64,000 nucleotides of DNA, from contig OZ250169.1 in assembly GCA_965237955.1 (NCBI GenBank), positions 1,248,001 through 1,312,000 of the forward strand. The letters are read 5' to 3'. The stretch is from Candidatus Marinacidobacterales bacterium (GTDB taxonomy: Bacteria; Acidobacteriota; Vicinamibacteria; Marinacidobacterales; SMYC01). This document shows, in pieces, positions 1-11,140 of the stretch. The notes beneath the pieces were generated by a model. It saw nothing but the letters and a program-made list of their open reading frames with translations. It was not told the origin of the DNA and ran no database searches. Both the position numbers and the translations under genes were made by a program. How positions within the stretch are numbered: the first letter of the stretch is position 1; every line of letters starts with the position of its first letter.

Positions 1-300
1 TCCTGTGCCATGGCGAGGGGAACGACCAGCGAGCAGGGCGAATCCCAGTCTGAGGCGCACGGTCATCAGCAATGAGTCGAGGGGTTATCGCCGGGCGAGC
101 TCCAGAGACAAGTGGTGCCCGACGCTACGGGCTCTTCTCGGGCGATGAGGAACGCTTCGGCGAGCTCGGACACTCGCCGAGGATATCATGGGCCTCGAGC
201 CGGCTCACGAGCTCTCGCACGGGCTCGGCGGCGATGCGGTTCGGAACGGAGCCTCTCATTTTGGCCACAGAGTCACAGCGCGGCGGAGCCGCAACCAAGA

Positions 301-468
301 ATCACCGCAAAGCGCAGAGGACGCAGAGATTTGCAGAGAAAAACAACACTAGGGCCCAAGGTCGAAAAAAAGCAAATCGGTACGGGGTGCTCTTCCGCGC
401 AGCGGCTCTCCACCCTTACGTTTTTTTCCTCTGCGTTTCCTTTGCGTCCTCTACGCCTCTGCGGTGAT
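301..468. repeat. Imperfect inverted repeat pair of CAGAG/CTCTG-rich units (REP/REPIN-like)
   Basis: atcaccgcaaagcgcagaggacgcagag (from 301) pairs imperfectly with ctttgcgtcctctacgcctctgcggtgat (to 468), around a spacer; intergenic. Confidence 0.65.
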
Positions 469-500
469 CTTTTCTTTTCCAGAAAAGAAGCTTTCGGGAG

Positions 501-1481
501 TTAGGGGTGGCGGCAAAGGATTCGCCTTTGTTCGCCGAGGGCGCGCAGGGCCGGGGCTTGTCGATCGTTGTCGGGAAAGAGGTTTCCGGGGAGGCGTTTG
601 AGCATCAGCGTCATCGCGAGACGCTCTCGCGGTGAGAACCCCTCTGGGGATCGCACGCGGCGCACGCCCATGACCTCGCTGCGATCGGGCGAGTGGTTGA
701 GCCCGAACGTATGGCCGAGCTCGTGTAGCGTCGTGTTGCTGCGAACGACTTCGACATCGCGGAACACGATCTCGCAGCGGGTGATGACGAGCCGGGTCAT
801 CCAGCAGCGGGTGAACGCCCGGAGGTTCTCGTCGACGATGGACTCGTTCTGGGGCTCGACGAGGAGCGTGATCGGCACGGCCCCGGGGTCTTCTCCCACC
901 GAGTAGACGACCGCGCCACCGAGCGCGTTGGTCATCTCGGCGGCAGCGTCTCTGAGGGTTTGCATCGCGCGGGGGTCCAGCGGGATGGCACCCGTGGGTA
1001 CGATCGCGACACGACCCACATCGAGACTCGGTCGATCGAGTGGCTCGAGCTCTCCTTGATCACCAAGAGACGCGCTCACGTACACCAGAGCTCGCGTGTA
1101 GTCGGAATCCAATCGTGTCGGGCTCTCGGACGGCCATAGCTCGAACGTCGTCTGCTCTCCTCGGCGGACGATGGTCTGGCGGTCGAGAAAACCGGGCGCC
1201 TTGATGTCGACGGAGACACCGTTGGACGCAAGCTCCTCGAGCGTGAGCTGTCCCGAGTCGTCGCTTACATGCTCCCGGCCCGCGATGACCACTCGAGCGC
1301 CTGCGACGGGCCGCCCCGTCTCGCCCGACATGATGCGAACCGTCGAGCCCGGCACGATACCGTTGGCCGTGTCCGCCGCGCTCAGATCGCGACGCACCGT
1401 CGTCGGCCCCGCGGGTCCGGTATCGGCGCAGCCGCTCAAAAGGCGCACTGACAAAACCAAGACCGGGGCCCGCCATTTCAT
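501..1481 (-). CDS. Secreted/lipoprotein zinc metalloprotease (matrixin/metzincin-like)
   Basis: Lipobox LSGC; HELGHTFGLNH zinc motif followed by Met-turn (EVMG); N-terminal carboxypeptidase-regulatory-like beta domain. Confidence 0.8.
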   Translation of the reverse strand: MKWRAPVLVLSVRLLSGCADTGPAGPTTVRRDLSAADTANGIVPGSTVRIMSGETGRPVAGARVVIAGREHVSDDSGQLTLEELASNGVSVDIKAPGFLDRQTIVRRGEQTTFELWPSESPTRLDSDYTRALVYVSASLGDQGELEPLDRPSLDVGRVAIVPTGAIPLDPRAMQTLRDAAAEMTNALGGAVVYSVGEDPGAVPITLLVEPQNESIVDENLRAFTRCWMTRLVITRCEIVFRDVEVVRSNTTLHELGHTFGLNHSPDRSEVMGVRRVRSPEGFSPRERLAMTLMLKRLPGNLFPDNDRQAPALRALGEQRRILCRHP

Positions 1482-1502
1482 AGGGCGGGGAGTCTACCCG
1501 AT

Positions 1503-1985
1503 CTAAAGCCTCAAGGCGAACCGTACCCGTCTCGGCTGTGGCAGGCGCCGTCCCAACAGACGCGAAGCGACCAACGTGCGCAAAACTTGCGCGGTTCCGC
1601 CACCGATGGTGAACATTCGCGCGTCTCGAACCATTCTCTCCAGCGGATTGTTTCGTGAATACACCGCAGCGCCGAATATTTGTAGGGCAAAGATCTTCGC
1701 CCGCGCCGCTTCCAGGCTGCCGGGAAAGCCGTCGGACGCGCCCGCCGCGGCTCCGTAGATGAGCCCGCGCGACGCCTCGAGCTGCACGTGCATGACGGCG
1801 AGCATCCACTGGAGGCCTTGAAACTCCGCGATCGGGCGGCCGAATTGCTGGCGTTGGCCGCTGAACTCGAGAGCCCAACGCGAACGCTCCCTGCGCGATA
1901 CCGAACGCGACCGTAGCCGCACCAACCCGCTGCGTGTTGTAGGCGTTCATCAAGTCGGCGAATCCCTTGGCGGGTCCGCGCGGCG
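1503..1985 (-). pseudogene. C-terminal fragment of an acyl-CoA dehydrogenase family gene, frameshifted
   Basis: FADLMNAYNTQRVGAATVAFGIAQGA in one frame, continuing as QRQQFGRPIAEFQGLQW...LERMVRDARMFTIGGGT in another; N-terminal part absent. Confidence 0.8.
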
Positions 1986-2225
1986 AGACGAGCCTCATGC
2001 TCGCGTGTCCCCACCGAGAGCCCCGGCGACTCACCGACGACGGCGAGAAAACCGCCGATGCCCTCCTCGACGCCATGCTCGTCGATCCCACGGGTAGGAT
2101 TCGGTGCGGTCAACCTCGGCCGCCCGCGGACGAACGACGGTGTCGGCGAACGCGCGCGCACGCACGTGAAGAGCTTCTTGTTCTTCCGTCAAGCTATATT
2201 ATGGTTTCGACGGATTGGAGGAAAG

Positions 2226-2624
2226 TTGGGTCTAGGATACGTCATCGTTCTCGAGCGGGAGCTCGACGGCATCGAGCCCAGAGACGTCGATGGCAGAACG
2301 CTTGCCAAACACCGCCACGCCCTCGATGCCGTCGCCCACGAGATGGACCTCCCGGGTCTCGGTGAGTTCGTCGCGTTCAGCCAAGCGGAGGCGGACGCAC
2401 TTGCGGACGATATGAAGTTCGACGCGCCGACTGCCGGAGGCGGCCGTTGGTTCGTGTCCGCCAACGGACTCGAGGTCGTCCGATCGATTCGAACGTACCT
2501 CCAGGAAAACCCGGATGAGATCGAGGACGCGGACGCGGTACTTCAAGGACTCCAAGAGATGCAGAGCGTGCTGGAAGCCGCGCACGCTGCGGACACTCGG
2601 TTTCGGTTGAGTATTGATTATTGA
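2226..2624 (+). CDS. Hypothetical protein
   Basis: GGAGG SD before TTG at 2226; acidic, globular, protein-like composition. Confidence 0.65.
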   Translation: MGLGYVIVLERELDGIEPRDVDGRTLAKHRHALDAVAHEMDLPGLGEFVAFSQAEADALADDMKFDAPTAGGGRWFVSANGLEVVRSIRTYLQENPDEIEDADAVLQGLQEMQSVLEAAHAADTRFRLSIDY

Positions 2625-2691
2625 ATCGCCACAGAAGAACGAGAAAATAGGCGGCCATCACCGCGAGATCGAGGGGGCGCAGAAGGGTCAC
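2620..2691 (-). pseudogene. N-terminal stub resembling a sodium:solute symporter
   Basis: MTLLRPLDLAVMAAYFLVLL resembles the first helix of SSS-family transporters; similarity is lost immediately afterwards. Confidence 0.4.
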
Positions 2692-2704
2692 GCCGACCGG
2701 AGGA

Positions 2705-3346
2705 TCACACGGACACGATGCCGTGTTTGATGGCGTATTGAGTCAGCTCGGCGGTGGTGCGAAGGCCGAGCTTTTCCATGACGTTGTACTTGTGGAACTC
2801 CACCGTGCGCGGGGAAATGTCGAGAACCGCCGCAATCTCCTTGACCGAGCGGCCCTCGGCGAGAAGTTGTAACACCTCGCGCTCCCGCGGCGTGAGCACG
2901 ACGGCGTGGCTTTCCGCCGCCTGATCGGCTTCGAGGAGATCATCGAGTAGATCTCGCGCGATGAGGGGGGTCACATAAGTCCGGCCCTCGTGCACCGCGC
3001 GGATTGCCGAGCGCAGCTCTTCTGCAGCGGATTGCTTCAGCACGTAGCCGGACGCACCGGCGCGAAACGCTTCGGCGACGTAGGTGATGTCAGCGTGCAC
3101 CGTGAGGAACACGACGCGTACATTGGGTTTCGTTTTCTTGAGCTGTCGCAGCGCTTCGATGCCGTTGAGAAGCGGCATCGAGATGTCGGTGACGATGACG
3201 TCCGGTGAAAGTTCGTCCGCCGCTCGCAGCAGGTCGCGACCGTTTTGCACGCGGCCAACGAGCTCGTACTCCGGCTCGAGCAAGCTCGCAAGTCCTTCGG
3301 CGACGATCGTGTGATCGTCGGCGAGCAGAACCCTCGTGCGCGTCAT
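2705..3346 (-). CDS. NarL/LuxR family response regulator
   Basis: REC domain (LADDH, DISMP) plus LuxR HTH (LTPREREVLQLLAEG...TVEFHK). Confidence 0.95.
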   Translation of the reverse strand: MTRTRVLLADDHTIVAEGLASLLEPEYELVGRVQNGRDLLRAADELSPDVIVTDISMPLLNGIEALRQLKKTKPNVRVVFLTVHADITYVAEAFRAGASGYVLKQSAAEELRSAIRAVHEGRTYVTPLIARDLLDDLLEADQAAESHAVVLTPREREVLQLLAEGRSVKEIAAVLDISPRTVEFHKYNVMEKLGLRTTAELTQYAIKHGIVSV

Positions 3347-3912
3347 GAACCCTCGAGCTCGAGCGGGATGCGCACGCTGAGCCGCGTCCCCACCGAAAGT
3401 TCCGAACGCACTTCGAGCTCGCCTCCAACGAAACGCACACGCTCCTCCATGCTCACCAAACCCAGGCGGCCGTTGTTCGAGGCACGCGCCACGTCGAAAC
3501 CCGAGCCATCCTGCTGCAATGCCTCTTGGGCCTTCTTGTGCTCGGTGAGATCGGTGAGCACCATGACGGCGGCCCCGTTTCGGCGGCGAAGCGGCGTGAC
3601 CGTGACTCGAAACCAGCTCTCGTGCGACGGCGCCGGTCGCGGGAACTCATGGGTGTAGACGTCTTGGGTGCCTTCGAGCACGGCCGCGACGCCCCCGCTG
3701 GTCGCACCTGAGCTATCGCCGACGAGAGTGTCACAGAGGATGTCGAGAGGCACGTCGGAGCTCACGTCGAGGCCGAGCTCCGCCCACGCGTCGTTCGAGC
3801 TGAGGATTCGACCATCGCAGGAGAGCACGCACACCGCGTCCCGGATGGAGGACAGCACGCCTTGGAGAAGCTCGTCCGTCCCGGTGACCGCGTGCGATAC
3901 TTCCGAGGTCAT
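3343..3912 (-). pseudogene. Sensor histidine kinase with in-frame internal deletion (PAS plus partial HATPase)
   Basis: PAS end DLTEHKKAQEAL joins directly to QDGSGFD...LGLVSMEERV (G1/G2 boxes); the HisKA_3 domain with the phospho-His and the N box are missing; overlaps the cognate regulator by 4 nt. Confidence 0.8.
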
Positions 3913-4014
3913 GACGAGAGCATCCTAACACTGGCCAGCCTAGCGCCGGGCAATCCGGATGTGCCTCGTGCGGAGGCGGACTGATAGAATGCGCGCCCGG
4001 GGAGGCTCGGTTCG

Positions 4015-4777
4015 ATGAAAAAGTCGATGATTCTGTTGCGCGTGGTGGTTTCCACGTCTTTCGCGCACGCCGCTCTTGCCGAGGACACAGCCGATCTCAT
4101 TCTCGTCAACGGCCGGGTGTATACGGTCGAGCAGAGCCAGCCGTGGGCGGAAGCCCTCGCCATCAAAGGCGAGTGGCTCCTCGCCGTCGGCACCAACGCC
4201 GAGGCGCGGGCGTTCTCGGGCCCGGACACCCGTGAGATCGACCTCGACGGCGCTTTCGTCTCCCCCGGATTCAACGACTCTCACGTTCACGTGGAAAGCA
4301 CGGCTAGATTGCTGAGCGGTGTGAACTTGCTCGACGTGCACGAACCGGCCGCTTTCCAAGAGCGCCTCCAAGCGACCGCGGAGAGGATTCCGGACGGGAG
4401 CTGGATCACGCGCAGCATGTGGGGTGCGTACGAGCAGTGGGGTGCGGGGTCAGCCGGAGAGGATCCGTCGTCGGGAACGTTGGCAAGCGGCCCGTTCACG
4501 CCGGACCGCGAGTTGATCGACGCCGTCACCCGCGAACATCCCGTGCTCGTCAGCCGGTTCGATCGCAGCATGCATCTCGCCAACAGCCTCGCGCTCGAGA
4601 TCGCCGGCATCGACGAGAGCACGCCCTCGCCGGCCGATGGCGAGATCGTGAAAGATGCGAGCGGCCGACTGACAGGAATTCTCAAAGGAAGCGCGTACGA
4701 AGAGCGATCTGAAGAAACTACTCGACGCGAAGGTGCTCTACACGATCGCCGGCGGCAAAGTCGTCTACGAGCGCTAG
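4015..4777 (+). pseudogene. Amidohydrolase (YtcJ/Amidohydro_3) with large internal deletion
   Basis: Signal peptide, DLDGAFVSPGFNDSHVH, ...TGILKG; then in another frame the family C-terminus KVLYTIAGGKVVYER*. Confidence 0.85.
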
Positions 4778-4921
4778 GCGTCGAAGACGGGGTAAGCCGT
4801 ATCCATCACGCTCGATGATCTCAGCGTGGGAAGTATCTGTTGTCATCATCACGAACCAACCGATTTTATGCGACGGATTGACAACTTGACAGGCGCTGCT
4901 CGAACGTTTATTACCGCTTGC

Positions 4922-7900
4922 ATGAAACGCACCATCACGAAGCTCGTTTTTGCCTCACTTCTACTCGCGCCATCGATCACTTCAGGGCGCGAGCTCGACG
5001 CCGATCTGCTAGGTAACTGGCAGTGGCGTCTGTTGGGACCGTCGACACCAGCCGGGCGCGCTTGGACCGTCGTCGGCGTCGAAAGCACGCCGAAGACTCT
5101 CTATGTCACGACCGCGAGCGGCGGCGTATGGAAGAGCGTCAACGCCGGCACCACCTTCGAGCCCATTTTCGACGATGCCCACGTCGCGTCGAGCTCGGTC
5201 GTCGCCGTCGCCCCGTCGAACCCCGATATCGTTTGGGTTGCTACCGGCGAGCCGGCCAACACCCGCGCCAACTCGTGGGGCGACGGCGTCTACAAATCCG
5301 AGAACGGCGGTGAGAGCTGGACCCACGCGGGACTTTCTGAGACGCGCATGATCGGCCACCTCATCATCCACCCCACGAACCCTGACATCGTCTACGTCGC
5401 AGCGATGGGTCGTCTATGGGGTCGGAACGAGGAACGTGGCATCTTCCGGACGTCGAACGGCGGACGTTCGTGGGACAAGGTCCTCTACGTCGATGACACC
5501 ACCGGATTCAACGACATCCAGATGCACCCGGAGAATCCGGACGTGCTCTACGCGGGCGCGTGGCAACGCTTTCGATACGGCGGTGGCGACATGGTCGAGT
5601 CAGGCCCGAGCAGCGGCCTGTACAAGAGCACCGACGGCGGAGACACCTAGACCCGTCTTGCGAACGGTCTTCCCACCGATTCGATGGGGAAAATTCATAT
5701 CGTGATCGCACGCGGGAACCCCGAGCTCGTCTACGCGAACATCCTCACCGGCGAGTCCGTACGGCCCGGGCGCACCAGTAGCCAGGGCGGGCTCTTTCGT
5801 TCGGAAGACGCGGGAGCGTCTTGGGTCCGGGTCAACGATCGGCAAACGAGCTACTACCTACGATCGCGTGTACGTGGATCCGAACGACGACGAGACCGTG
5901 TGGATGCCGGTATTCGAGCTCAACGTCTCTCGAGACGGCGGGCGCACGTTCGAGGAAGTCAACATGCGCCACGTGCACAACGACCTCCATTCGATGTGGA
6001 TCGACCCGAACGACTCGGACCATATCGTCGTGAAAACGGCAATAGTGCGCGGCGACCGTCCAGGCTCAGGTTCTCCCGCCGGGAAAGCAACGTGTAACGC
6101 TGCCCCTTGATATACGACCGGCGCCGCTGAGGCGTGTACTCACGGCGCCGGACCTCATCAGCCTTTGACGACGGATGAAACCGAAGATGATCCGCGCATT
6201 GGGTGCGTCACCGAGTTCCGGAAGGGCTTCCACATATCCATGGCGGCCAGCTTGATACGGGCGCTTTTCTTCCCGCCCAGCGCCTTGAAGAACCATGTCG
6301 GTTTCTTTGCGACCCTCACCGCCCACCCAGATGGGACGCGCCCGCTCCAGGTCGCTCTGACACGATAGTTATGTCCCTTGCGGATGGAGATCTCATCGAT
6401 ACCGATGGCCCGAGGCGCGGCAGCCCCGCCCGTCGACTTGCTCTTGCATGTAGAGCTTATCCAGGTCCTTCACCGTAGTGTGGTGCAGACGTTCCATCTC
6501 GGCCACCGCCTTGTTCGGCATATCCCGGACACGGGCCATTGGCGCGCGCCGGTTCGAACCTACGACGAAGAAGGCATCACCGCCCACGATTGGATCAAGC
6601 TCCGCTACACCGGCGACGGGATGGGGATCGCGGCGCTGACCCACGCGACGAGAACATTATTCATATGGTGCAGCAGGTCGGCAATACGTCGCGACTCGAC
6701 CTGAGAACATGGGACCGCATCGAGCTGCAACCGCGGGACGCCGACGCTCTGCGAGCACGGGGTGCAACCCACGATCAACGGTGGGACTGGTCGCCCGCGT
6801 TCACGCTTTCTCGCCACGATCCCGACTACGTCTACGTCGGTGGCAACTATCTTTTTCGGATTCACGCAGCCTCGGCGCAGTGGGAGCGCATCAGTCCCGA
6901 TCTGACGCGCCAACAGAACACGGAGCCTCAAGGCGCGACCGACGGCTACCACAGCTACGGCGCGTTGTTTTCCGTCGCCGAGTCTCCCGTCGCAGCCGAG
7001 ATGTTATGGGCCGGCGCGGATGACGGCCCGCTCTGGGTTACGACGAACGGCGGTCGCGATTGGACACGGGTCGATATCAACATCGATGGGCCGAGCCTCG
7101 GCTCGCCTCCGTATCCTCCGTCACGTTCGGCCCCCATCGCTGATCTTCCCGGCATGCTGCCGCTCGGGAACTGGCCGACACCGTGCGTCGTCGCCGAGAT
7201 CGAGCCGTCGCACTTCGACAAGCGCACGGCCTATATCGCGTACGACTGCCACAAGCTCGACGACGAGGCCCCCTATCTCTTCAAGACGACCGACACGGGG
7301 GCGAGCTGGTCGTCTGTCAACGGCGATCTTCCTATTGGCTCGACGTGGGTGGTGAAAGAAGACCCCGCGCACCCGAAAGTTCTCTACGCCGGCACCGAGT
7401 TCGGTATCTACGTCACCATCGACGGCGGCGAGCACTGGGAGCCACTGAAAGGAAACTTGCCTCGAGTAGGAACCCGGTCGCTCGCCATCCAGGCGCGCGA
7501 CAAGGACCTCGTTGCAGCAACTTACGGCCGCTCGATCTGGGTGACGGACATTGCACCGTTCGCGGAAATGGCAGACGGGGCGCTCGACAAACCACTGCAC
7601 CTTTTTGCTGCTGCATCGGCAACACTATTCAAAACTCACGTTACTTACGGCAACACGATCGAAGAGATGAACGGTGACATGTTCTTCCGCGCTGCCAATC
7701 CCCCCGACGGAGCTCTCCTTCGATACCACCTCGAGGACGACGCGTCGGACGTCCGCATCGAGATCCGAGATGCATCGGGAAGTCTCGTTCGTACCCTCGG
7801 CGGGCCGGCAACAGCGGGGCTCCACCAGGTGGAGTGGGACCTCAAAACCAACGAGACCGCCGGACGCAAGCGAGAGCGGCGAGCGCCGGTCACACCGAGC

Positions 7901-8014
7901 GAGTGGGAGTTCTCCCAGAAAGTGGCTCCCGGACGCTACGGTGTCCGCGTCATCGCGGACGAGCTGACGGACGAGGGCTTTGTCACGGTGCGCCCGCAGC
8001 CGCCGACAAAATGA
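4922..8014 (+). pseudogene. VPS10/BNR-repeat beta-propeller protein, disrupted
   Basis: Many SxDxGxTW (BNR) repeats; TAG at 5648 where TGG is expected; frameshifts near 5860 and 6635; foreign ISL3 fragment at about 6033-6535. Confidence 0.9.
6033..6535 (-). mobile_element. Degenerate ISL3-family transposase fragment
   Basis: Minus-strand frames give AVAEMERLHHTTVKDLDK, AIGIDEISIRKGH, GGEGRKE and MDMWKPF, all ISL3 motifs; several frameshifts; boundaries approximate. Confidence 0.75.
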
Positions 8015-8263
8015 CCTCGCCGAACAGAACGTTCCCGTGGACGGTAACTTCACATCCATGCCATTGTCTCTCCAGATCGGTGACTCGATAGTAGATGTGA
8101 TAGCGGACACGGCTAGATGAGTGTCTCGACCACGCTACAGGTAGCAGGCACAACAGTTTGACAGGAAAATGGTGTATACTGCTTTCCGTTTTCACTAGCC
8201 TTTCCCTGGACACCACGCATGCCTCCAGACATCGTGAGCTTCAGAGGACTGGAGGAAGTACCG

Positions 8264-8545
8264 TTGAAGATTTACGTGGGCAATTTGAACTTTACCACTT
8301 CTGAGGGAACGCTCAGAGACCTCTTCGCCGAGCACGGCGAAGTGGAAGAAGTCCGAATCATCACCGATCGCGATTCCGGCCGCTCGCGCGGTTTCGGTTT
8401 CGTGACGATGCCGGAGCGCGAGCACGCAGCCGCTGCCATCGAGACTCTGAATCGTCAAGAGTTCGATGGCCGCACCCTGGTCGTGAACGAAGCCCGACCC
8501 AAGAATGAGGGCGGCGGACGCGGCGGCGGCGGTCGGCGATATTAG
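8264..8545 (+). CDS. RRM-domain RNA-binding protein
   Basis: KIYVGNL (RNP2), RSRGFGFV (RNP1), Gly/Arg-rich tail; GGAGG SD before TTG. Confidence 0.95.
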   Translation: MKIYVGNLNFTTSEGTLRDLFAEHGEVEEVRIITDRDSGRSRGFGFVTMPEREHAAAAIETLNRQEFDGRTLVVNEARPKNEGGGRGGGGRRY

Positions 8546-8705
8546 CGCACCGCGATCACACCTTCCCCGAAAGCTCGCGGATTCAACGGTACCACTGCGG
8601 GCTCTTGCGTTTTCCGGTCTCGCCCCCTATCCTGAGATCATCGACTACAACTGAATCCAGACCGACCATCGCACGCCGACTCACTCCAACCAAGGAGGCA
8701 GAACG

Positions 8706-9200
8706 ATGTGGAAGAAATCGGAAGCAGCAGTTTCTTCTCAAACCACGACAAAAAACCCGACTCCCGCCCGCCCGGAGGGCACGGACACTCGCAAGGCCCG
8801 CATCGGGGTCGGGATCTTGCTCAAGGGCGAGCTCCACGGTGAAGAAGACGTCATCATCGAGGGACGCGTGGAAGGCAAGATCACGCTGAAACAACATGGC
8901 GTCATCATCGAAGAATCGGGGCGAGTCGATGCCGACATCACCGCGAGCAGTATCTGTGTCGCCGGCGAGGTGCATGGAAATCTCCACGGAACGGAGCAAG
9001 TCGTGCTGCTCAAGACCGGACGTGTCGAGGGCAATATCAACGCGAAGAGCGTGACGCTCGAGACGGGTGCGCAGTTCAAAGGAAGCATCGATATGGAGAC
9101 GGTGGAAGCCGCCTCCGGCGTGAAGCTTCACGCGAAGGCGGCTCCAGGCTCGAGTGATTCCTCCACGAAGATCTCGACTCACCGTATCGCCGCAAGCTGA
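8706..9200 (+). CDS. Bactofilin (polymer-forming cytoskeletal protein)
   Basis: Beta-helix repeats (LKGELHGEEDVIIEGRVEGKI...GRVEGNI...GAQFKGSIDM); AGGAGG SD. Confidence 0.92.
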   Translation: MWKKSEAAVSSQTTTKNPTPARPEGTDTRKARIGVGILLKGELHGEEDVIIEGRVEGKITLKQHGVIIEESGRVDADITASSICVAGEVHGNLHGTEQVVLLKTGRVEGNINAKSVTLETGAQFKGSIDMETVEAASGVKLHAKAAPGSSDSSTKISTHRIAAS

Positions 9201-9208
9201 GACGAGGA

Positions 9209-9823
9209 ATGCGGCTCGGGCTCCCTTGGCGATCCGACCCGAAACCACCACCACCGGTGGAGGCCGCGCGCTTCGAGCAAACGTCGATCGCACTCGAGCA
9301 CGTCATGAGACGACTCGAGGAAGCGCCGCGCTGCGGAGTTCTCGACCTGGGCGCCCCCATCGCCGCCAACGTGGAGCTCTACGCGCGCCACGGCTCGAGA
9401 ATCACGTTCGCCGACTTCTATCGTTTCTACGAGCCCACCCGGCCCGACGGCGCGAACGCGAAAAGCTTCGCTGAGTTGCTACCCGCTAGCGCGACCCGGC
9501 TCGACGTCATCTTCGCGTGGGACCTTCTGAACTATCTCACGCTCGAGGAGATTGGCTGGCTCGGCCAGAGCGTGAGCGAAACCTGCGCGCCGGGAGCGAT
9601 CCTGTTGGCACTCGTTTCGTGTCCGGGTTTGATGTCGGCTGCACCTTCGAACCATACGATCGTGGACGAGGGGACACTCCGAGTCGAAGCAACGGCTCCA
9701 CCCGCCAGGCCATCGCCGGCCTACTCCGAACACGCGCTTTTGGGTTCTCTTCCGGACTGGACGGTCAAAAGTCGATTCCAGTTGAGAAACTCCATGGTCG
9801 AATACCTCTTGTATCGGGAATAA
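9209..9823 (+). CDS. Class I SAM-dependent methyltransferase-like protein
   Basis: VLDLG motif and LDVIFAWDLLNYL; directly downstream of bactofilin. Confidence 0.65.
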   Translation: MRLGLPWRSDPKPPPPVEAARFEQTSIALEHVMRRLEEAPRCGVLDLGAPIAANVELYARHGSRITFADFYRFYEPTRPDGANAKSFAELLPASATRLDVIFAWDLLNYLTLEEIGWLGQSVSETCAPGAILLALVSCPGLMSAAPSNHTIVDEGTLRVEATAPPARPSPAYSEHALLGSLPDWTVKSRFQLRNSMVEYLLYRE

Positions 9824-9833
9824 TTCTTACCAA

Positions 9834-9955
9834 GGGATTCCGAGCCGGGACGTCTTCGCCCGTATCAACCCGCGGGTCGAGATCGAAGGACCGGTGATGG
9901 AAGACGAAGGGCTGCGAATCCACCGCGACTTCTGGCCCGACTTCCTGCGCTCTAG
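9834..9955 (+). pseudogene. C-terminal remnant resembling a nucleoside deaminase
   Basis: GIPSRDVFARINPRVEIEGPVMEDEGLRIHRDFW resembles the deaminase C-terminus; no upstream part. Confidence 0.35.
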
Positions 9956-11140
9956 TCCCCTGGATCTTTAATTACTGTCCAAATTCGATTTGCCATGTGT
10001 ATCGAGCGTTCGCTGGGCGAACCGAGCGATGGTTTCGAGGATTTGGTCGGCGGATTTCGTCCACTTGAACGGCTTTGGGTTCTCGTTGTGAGCATCGAGA
10101 TAGTCTTGTATCGCAACGCGGAGCTGAGGCACGCTCGTGTGCGAGCCTCGTCGCAAGGCGTGTTCGGTGAGCAAGCCAAAGAAGCGCTCAGCGAAGTTGA
10201 GCCAAGAGGCGTGTGTCGGTGTGAAGTGAAAGTGGAACCGAGGTCGCTTGGAAAGCCAGCGTTTGATCGCCGGTGTCTTGTGCGTGGCGAGATTGTCGAG
10301 CACGACGTGGATGTCCAACTCGCTGGGAACGGCTGCTTCGATCTCAGCGAGGAACTTCTTGAACTCTAGCGCTCGATGTCGCGCGTAGCACTTTCCGAAG
10401 ACTTCACCTGTTGCGGCGTCGAGTGCGGCAAACAGGTCAGTCGTTCCATGCCGAATGTAGTCGTGGGTTTGTCGCTCGGGCTGGCCCAAGCTCATGGGCA
10501 GGACAGGTTGAGCACGCTCGAGCGCTTGAATCTGCGATTTCTCGTCGACGCACAGGACGACCGCGTTATCCGGTGGGTTCATATACAGGCCAACAAGGTC
10601 GCGTACTTTTTCGACCAGTTGTGGGTCTTGCGAGAGACGAAACGATTCCGAGCGGTGCGGTTGAAGCCCGAACGTTCGCCAAATACGTCCAATCGTCGAA
10701 TGACTCAGCCCAAGATGCTTGGCCATCGAGCGCGTACTCCAATGGGTTCTCCCCTTTGGAGTCGTCTCCAGCGTCTTGGTCACGACTTCCTCGATCTGGT
10801 CATCGCCGATTTTGCGAGCCGCTCCCGGCCGAGGTTCGTCGTACAACCCTTCCATTCGTTGTTCTACAAAGCGTCTTCGCCACTTGCCCACCGTGCTCCT
10901 CATGGTGTGCATCTTCCTAGCAACTTCCATATTCGTCAGACCCGCCGCGCAATCCAGCACGATCTTCGCTCGGAAGGCTTGGTGCGGCGAACTACGGCTG
11001 CGTCGCGCCAGTCGCGTCAGCGCTTCGCTTTCTTGAGACGACAGCTTCAATTCGGCTTTTCGCCGGCCCTTGTGTTTCATGCATTTAGCAGATCACAGAA
11101 GGGCCGGTGTTGTCTAGCTTTTTCTGTTCCATGGGACTAG
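9952..11140 (-). mobile_element. IS630-family element
   Basis: Ends ctagtcccctgga / tccatgggactag (TIR with CTAG at both ends); contains an intact transposase. Confidence 0.92.
9968..11080 (-). CDS. IS630-family transposase
   Basis: HTH region ([16 protein letters not shown]) and DDE motifs VDEK, VLDN, WLNFAE. Confidence 0.95.
   Translation of the reverse strand: MKHKGRRKAELKLSSQESEALTRLARRSRSSPHQAFRAKIVLDCAAGLTNMEVARKMHTMRSTVGKWRRRFVEQRMEGLYDEPRPGAARKIGDDQIEEVVTKTLETTPKGRTHWSTRSMAKHLGLSHSTIGRIWRTFGLQPHRSESFRLSQDPQLVEKVRDLVGLYMNPPDNAVVLCVDEKSQIQALERAQPVLPMSLGQPERQTHDYIRHGTTDLFAALDAATGEVFGKCYARHRALEFKKFLAEIEAAVPSELDIHVVLDNLATHKTPAIKRWLSKRPRFHFHFTPTHASWLNFAERFFGLLTEHALRRGSHTSVPQLRVAIQDYLDAHNENPKPFKWTKSADQILETIARFAQRTLDTHGKSNLDSN

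Noticed and set aside
1980-2110. Possible creatininase remnant (GETSLML)
   Set aside because: Match too short and degenerate to support.
8158-8180. TTGACA...TATACT promoter upstream of the RRM gene
   Set aside because: The spacer is only 11 nt, too short for one sigma-70 promoter.
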